Source: Candidatus Bathyarchaeota archaeon (lineage in GTDB: Archaea > Thermoproteota > Bathyarchaeia > Bathyarchaeales > Bathycorpusculaceae). From it: 64,000 nt of DNA. The position numbers were made by a program, and so were the translations under genes. The notes under the pieces are model-generated. The model did not search any database. It was not told the DNA's origin and saw only the letters and a list, made by a program, of their open reading frames with translations. The DNA lies in contig CAVYHV010000006.1 in the NCBI GenBank assembly GCA_963768425.1, positions 64,001 to 128,000 of the forward strand, written 5' to 3'. How positions within the stretch are numbered: position 1 is the first letter of the stretch; every line of letters begins with the position of its first letter. This document shows positions 61,432 through 64,000 of the stretch, one piece after another.

Positions 61432-63101
61432 GAGACCGTGTAAAAAATCAAATTATCGATTGAAAGCTTGGATAATCATCCAATACTCTTTTGTCGATTC
61501 CATCGTTTTATTACGTCTTATCTTTTGCCTAGCGCCTGAATAAGAGTCTCGACTCCAAGAATGTTTAGAGCTCTTCGCAAATTATAAGAAAACAAAAGCA
61601 ACCCAACCTCTCCACTGACTTTTCTAAGACCTTTAAGCAAAAGATAAGGCGCACCAAAAGCTCTCTTAATTGTACCAAACGTGTGCTCCACGACATTTTT
61701 GCGCTCACCCATAACTTCAGGATGAGACCTCATCCGCATTTTCATATCATCGACAACATCCTCATGCACCCACCGCCAAATCAACCGTCCATTCTTATTG
61801 CCTGTACACTTAGTCATAAAAAACTGGCATGAAGAGCAGACATCCTTTTGGCACTTGTAAATTCGTTTATTCATCCCGTCCTGAGGCGTACAGCAGTAAA
61901 AGTAAAGACGCTGCCCAGCTGGACAAACATACAGATCAGCACCCTTATCATATCGGAATTTGTCAGCCCTAAACTCTGGTGACACAAGGCTGCCACCGCT
62001 TCCAGAGTGTTTTACTGCAACATAAGGGATAACTCCATTATCGACACATTGCTTAATCTGTATAAAATCAAAATAGCCCTTGTCTGAAACACAATCAATC
62101 TGCTCAACACCCAGTGTTTCTTTAGCGCTTATAGCGACGCCGCTTAATTGATTTAGGTCTGAGGCTTCGTTAGTCACCAAGTAGTTAACGATGAGGTGGT
62201 TTTTTGAATCTACAGCTGCCTGCATGTTATAGCAGGATTCTACTCTGCCATGACTCATCATCTGTCGACAATCCGGATCGGTCAAAGCAACCTCGTTTTG
62301 ACCACTCTTTTGCATTCTGTCAAGGATTGCTTCAGATTTCTCTTTTTTCTCAAGTAAAGCTGCAAGCTTGTCTACTTCAAAAGCTTTAGCTTCTTTGCCT
62401 GCTTCGCTACTGGCTTGGTGCTCGTCAGATGCTTCCTTCTCATCTTGGGCATCCAACTCTTCAAGATAATGTTTTACTGATTTTTCCATGATCTTTATTC
62501 TTTTCGCAAGCCCTTTTTGGTTAAAGGCTTTATCGTTGGAGTTGACGGCCCTTAGTTTGGTGCCGTCAACGGCCATTTGTCGTGCCCCATAGAGACTGAG
62601 GTCTTTTAGGAAGGCTACAAAGTCCTTGAATAGGGCACCTATTGCCTGTGGGTTGTCTTTTCTGAAATCCGCTATTGTTTTAAAGTCAGGTGTTAAGCCT
62701 TTGAGTAGCCACATTGCTTCGAGGTTTGTTTTGGATTCTCTTTCTAGCTTTCTGCTTGATCGGATGTGGTTTAGGCTTCCGTAGAGGTAGAGTTTGCAGA
62801 GGTCTTTTGGGTTGTATGATGGTCTTCCAAGATCTTTTGGTGTTGAGTGGGTGAAGCCTAACTTTTCCATGTTAAGCGTGTTTACGTAGGCATCGATGAA
62901 TCTGACCGGGTTGTCCGTTTGTACGTATTCTTCTATGGTTTTAGGCAGCAGGAACGTTTGGCTTCTGGATAAGCCTTCTACATAGCTGTTGGTTTCGTTG
63001 TCCATTTGTCTCACCTTACCCTTTGTGAGCCATTGCTATGTGTCTAGATTTAAGGTTAACGGCATTCTAGGCGATTAAGAGAAGACTTTTCACACGGTCT
63101 C
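61432..63101 (-). mobile_element. Complete IS1182-family insertion sequence (1670 bp)
   Basis: 18-bp TIRs GAGACCGTGTAAAAAATC (61432-61449) and GACTTTTCACACGGTCTC (63084-63101), 16/18 match; 4-bp target duplication AAAC. Confidence 0.92.
61518..63014 (-). CDS. IS1182-family DDE transposase
   Basis: GRPSYNP, SSRKLE, PDFKTIADFR, VDGTK, TDPD, YN.Q, DKGY, CPAG, VEH.FG.IK. Confidence 0.95.
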   Translation of the reverse strand: MRQMDNETNSYVEGLSRSQTFLLPKTIEEYVQTDNPVRFIDAYVNTLNMEKLGFTHSTPKDLGRPSYNPKDLCKLYLYGSLNHIRSSRKLERESKTNLEAMWLLKGLTPDFKTIADFRKDNPQAIGALFKDFVAFLKDLSLYGARQMAVDGTKLRAVNSNDKAFNQKGLAKRIKIMEKSVKHYLEELDAQDEKEASDEHQASSEAGKEAKAFEVDKLAALLEKKEKSEAILDRMQKSGQNEVALTDPDCRQMMSHGRVESCYNMQAAVDSKNHLIVNYLVTNEASDLNQLSGVAISAKETLGVEQIDCVSDKGYFDFIQIKQCVDNGVIPYVAVKHSGSGGSLVSPEFRADKFRYDKGADLYVCPAGQRLYFYCCTPQDGMNKRIYKCQKDVCSSCQFFMTKCTGNKNGRLIWRWVHEDVVDDMKMRMRSHPEVMGERKNVVEHTFGTIKRAFGAPYLLLKGLRKVSGEVGLLLFSYNLRRALNILGVETLIQALGKR

Positions 63102-63157
63102 AAACGTTGACAATAAACCTTTTAACAGCTAAAAGCGCCAAGAAGAACGGTGGAAAA

Positions 63158-63412
63158 ATGAGGAAACCTGTCATCGCGTTTCTTATTTTGCTTTTGGCTG
63201 AGACGATAAGTGGGTTGGTGCTTGTTTATGCCAGTTCACAGTTTAACGTCTCTGTTCTACCTCAAGCTGCTTACCCAACACAGCATGTTATCTCTGTCAA
63301 ATCTTCGATGCCTTCACCCTTTACAGTTGCAGCATGGATTGTCGGGTTAGTTGCTGTGTTTGGTGCCCTTCTTTCTCTTTTCCTCCGGGGACGACATTCG
63401 GGTCAAGCCTGA
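63158..63412 (+). CDS. Small membrane protein (signal peptide plus C-terminal TM)
   Basis: MRK plus hydrophobic segment, short linker, TM ending in basic residues. Confidence 0.55.
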   Translation: MRKPVIAFLILLLAETISGLVLVYASSQFNVSVLPQAAYPTQHVISVKSSMPSPFTVAAWIVGLVAVFGALLSLFLRGRHSGQA

Positions 63413-63500
63413 GAAGAAAAGAGTGGGTGAGCGATTCTGGGCTATCGACAGCTATCGCCCAAAATGTTTGGGGATCAGTCGCTAAAAAGAGGCGACCTTG

Positions 63501-63794
63501 CTATTCTTTGCATTGTTTAAGGTCACGTAGCTCGGCAGCGGATTTGTTTAGCATGGCGCTGTCTGCCACAGTTTGAACGGTGGACACAGGGAGGCAGACA
63601 ACTACTTTGCCGAGGAACGGCACTTTGAACCCCAACGCCTTCGCTGCTTCATCTGTCAGCCCAACGTAGAGGCTTGTAACCTGCCAACTAGTCATGTCAA
63701 CTTCAGCGCTTTCTATCTCGCCGAGCAAAACATTATCAGAGGTGTAAGCTTTTTTCCAAAAAACCCTAGTAATTTCGACCATGTTTAAAACCAA
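63501..63794 (-). CDS. PRC-barrel domain protein
   Basis: K.AYTSD...LGEI....VD...W.V..L.V..LPV..V..V.D...L. Confidence 0.8.
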   Translation of the reverse strand: MVLNMVEITRVFWKKAYTSDNVLLGEIESAEVDMTSWQVTSLYVGLTDEAAKALGFKVPFLGKVVVCLPVSTVQTVADSAMLNKSAAELRDLKQCKE

Positions 63795-63890
63795 TATGGT
63801 AATTTGCGTTCGCCTATATTTGGTTGTCGGAAACGAAAAGCTTGCAGAAGCTTTTTTTACGTGGCTACACCACTATTAATTGTGATTTTT

Positions 63891-64000
63891 ATGTCTGCTT
63901 CTCAGAAACCAATTGCTAACCTTTCTCCTCAAGAGAAACATGTTATCGAGGATAAAGGCACAGAAGCGCCTTTCACTGGCAAATACTTCGCTTTTTGGGA
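63891..64000 (+). CDS. msrB: Methionine-R-sulfoxide reductase, N-terminus only (truncated by window end)
   Basis: Manual translation MSASQKPIANLSPQEKHVIEDKGTEAPFTGKY. Confidence 0.8.
   Translation, partial: MSASQKPIANLSPQEKHVIEDKGTEAPFTGKYFAFW

Noticed and set aside
268-63788. Numerous short ORF-track entries overlapping recognised genes (e.g. 268..696, 16699..17109, 51616..52101, 55610..56113)
   Set aside because: Antisense or alternate-frame shadows of well-supported CDSs with no motifs of their own.

Overview
Archaeal chromosomal segment, most consistent with Bathyarchaeia. This is an inference from RadA, tandem PurP paralogs, an EF-2 paralog lacking the diphthamide loop, HdrBC/MvhGA and a membrane-anchored wHTH regulator. 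About a dozen conserved genes are split by single-base indels, several at homopolymers, which points to uncorrected long-read errors rather than real pseudogenes. Gene content in order: mevalonate-entry locus (thiolase-like gene plus DUF35-HMG-CoA synthase fusion), pncB, an FtsX/MacB-type ABC system, uppP, NRAMP plus DtxR regulator with two operator boxes, radical SAM-dinB, glycosylation genes, a peroxiredoxin/cytidylate-kinase-like fusion, a ~14 kb cluster of three group-3 [NiFe]-hydrogenases (3b, 3d Hox, 3c Mvh with HdrCB but no HdrA/MvhD), purE-purC-purP-purP, EF-2 paralog, Ogg1, tRNA(CAU), a secreted protein/membrane wHTH cassette beside a 10-bp-phased repeat array, AOR, RqcH, an AT-rich accessory patch (divergent TFS, tRNA 3' fragment), radA, a complete IS1182 and a partial msrB. 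Best novelty candidates: the triple-hydrogenase cluster with an HdrA-less hdrCB-mvhGA operon, the thiolase lacking all catalytic motifs coupled to a DUF35-HMGCS fusion, and the helically phased decamer array at 45621-45722. All family calls come from motif recognition; no database searches were run.
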